Source: Lacibacter sp. (GTDB lineage Bacteria > Bacteroidota > Bacteroidia > Chitinophagales > Chitinophagaceae). Taken from it: a stretch of 47,049 nucleotides of DNA. The stretch covers positions 1 through 47,049 of the forward strand of contig JBEBHT010000001.1 in NCBI GenBank assembly GCA_040081135.1, in the 5' to 3' direction. The position numbers and the translations under genes are program-made. The notes below the pieces were generated by a model that ran no database searches, was not told where the DNA came from, and saw nothing but the letters and a program-made list of their open reading frames with translations. Positions 46,942 to 47,049 of the stretch are shown here, in pieces. Every line of letters starts with the position of its first letter. Positions within the stretch are counted from its first letter, which is position 1.

Positions 46942-47049
46942 ATGCGTTTACTTATACTCATTTCTGCTTTGTTTTTTTGCTGTGATTCTTATGCACAGGA
47001 TTCAGCTGCTGTAAAAAAAACGGCAGACAGTCTTGCAAAGGATTCAGTT
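46942..47049 (+). CDS. 5' part of a secreted protein (truncated by window end)
   Basis: MRLLILISALFFCCDSYAQDSAAVKKTADSLAKDSV..., signal peptide ending AQ; TATTTTTG -7 element at 46925-46932. Confidence 0.6.
   Translation, partial: MRLLILISALFFCCDSYAQDSAAVKKTADSLAKDSV

Overview
Window from a Bacteroidota chromosome (TAnnTTTG promoters, SusC/SusD systems; probably Chitinophagaceae-like, an inference). It opens with the 3' end of an LpqC/PHB-depolymerase-type esterase carrying an in-frame TGA. Next is a ~21 kb xylan/arabinoxylan polysaccharide utilisation locus: a hybrid two-component regulator divergent from tandem susC-susD-susC-susD, a surface lipoprotein, a CBM-interrupted GH10 xylanase, a GH62-like arabinofuranosidase and a GH43-CBM6 enzyme. 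Then comes a compact cassette of tRNA-Arg(CCG), a small GIY-YIG nuclease and a second tRNA copy whose centre is replaced by a GC-rich palindrome. After marC lies a cobalamin-riboswitch-controlled B12 uptake/salvage operon (btuB, membrane protein, BtuF-like protein, Cys-rich protein, cobU, DUF71-type ATPase, cobT, thiamine-binding-fold protein, cobS, cobC). The right third holds housekeeping and envelope genes (TonB receptor, APC permease, VOC, Cys/Met PLP enzyme, TolC plus adaptor, gpsA, hemW, Omp85). The most striking observation is that a related ~30-nt palindrome (CCCGCCTG..AATGA..TCRGGCRGG) sits inside the duplicated tRNA next to the nuclease and again, in frame, inside a second palindromic repeat within cobT, both times next to AATC. 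This suggests a minimal hairpin-targeting mobile element, possibly mobilised by the GIY-YIG protein (hypothesis). All calls are by eye from the sequence and ORF track; no database searches were run.
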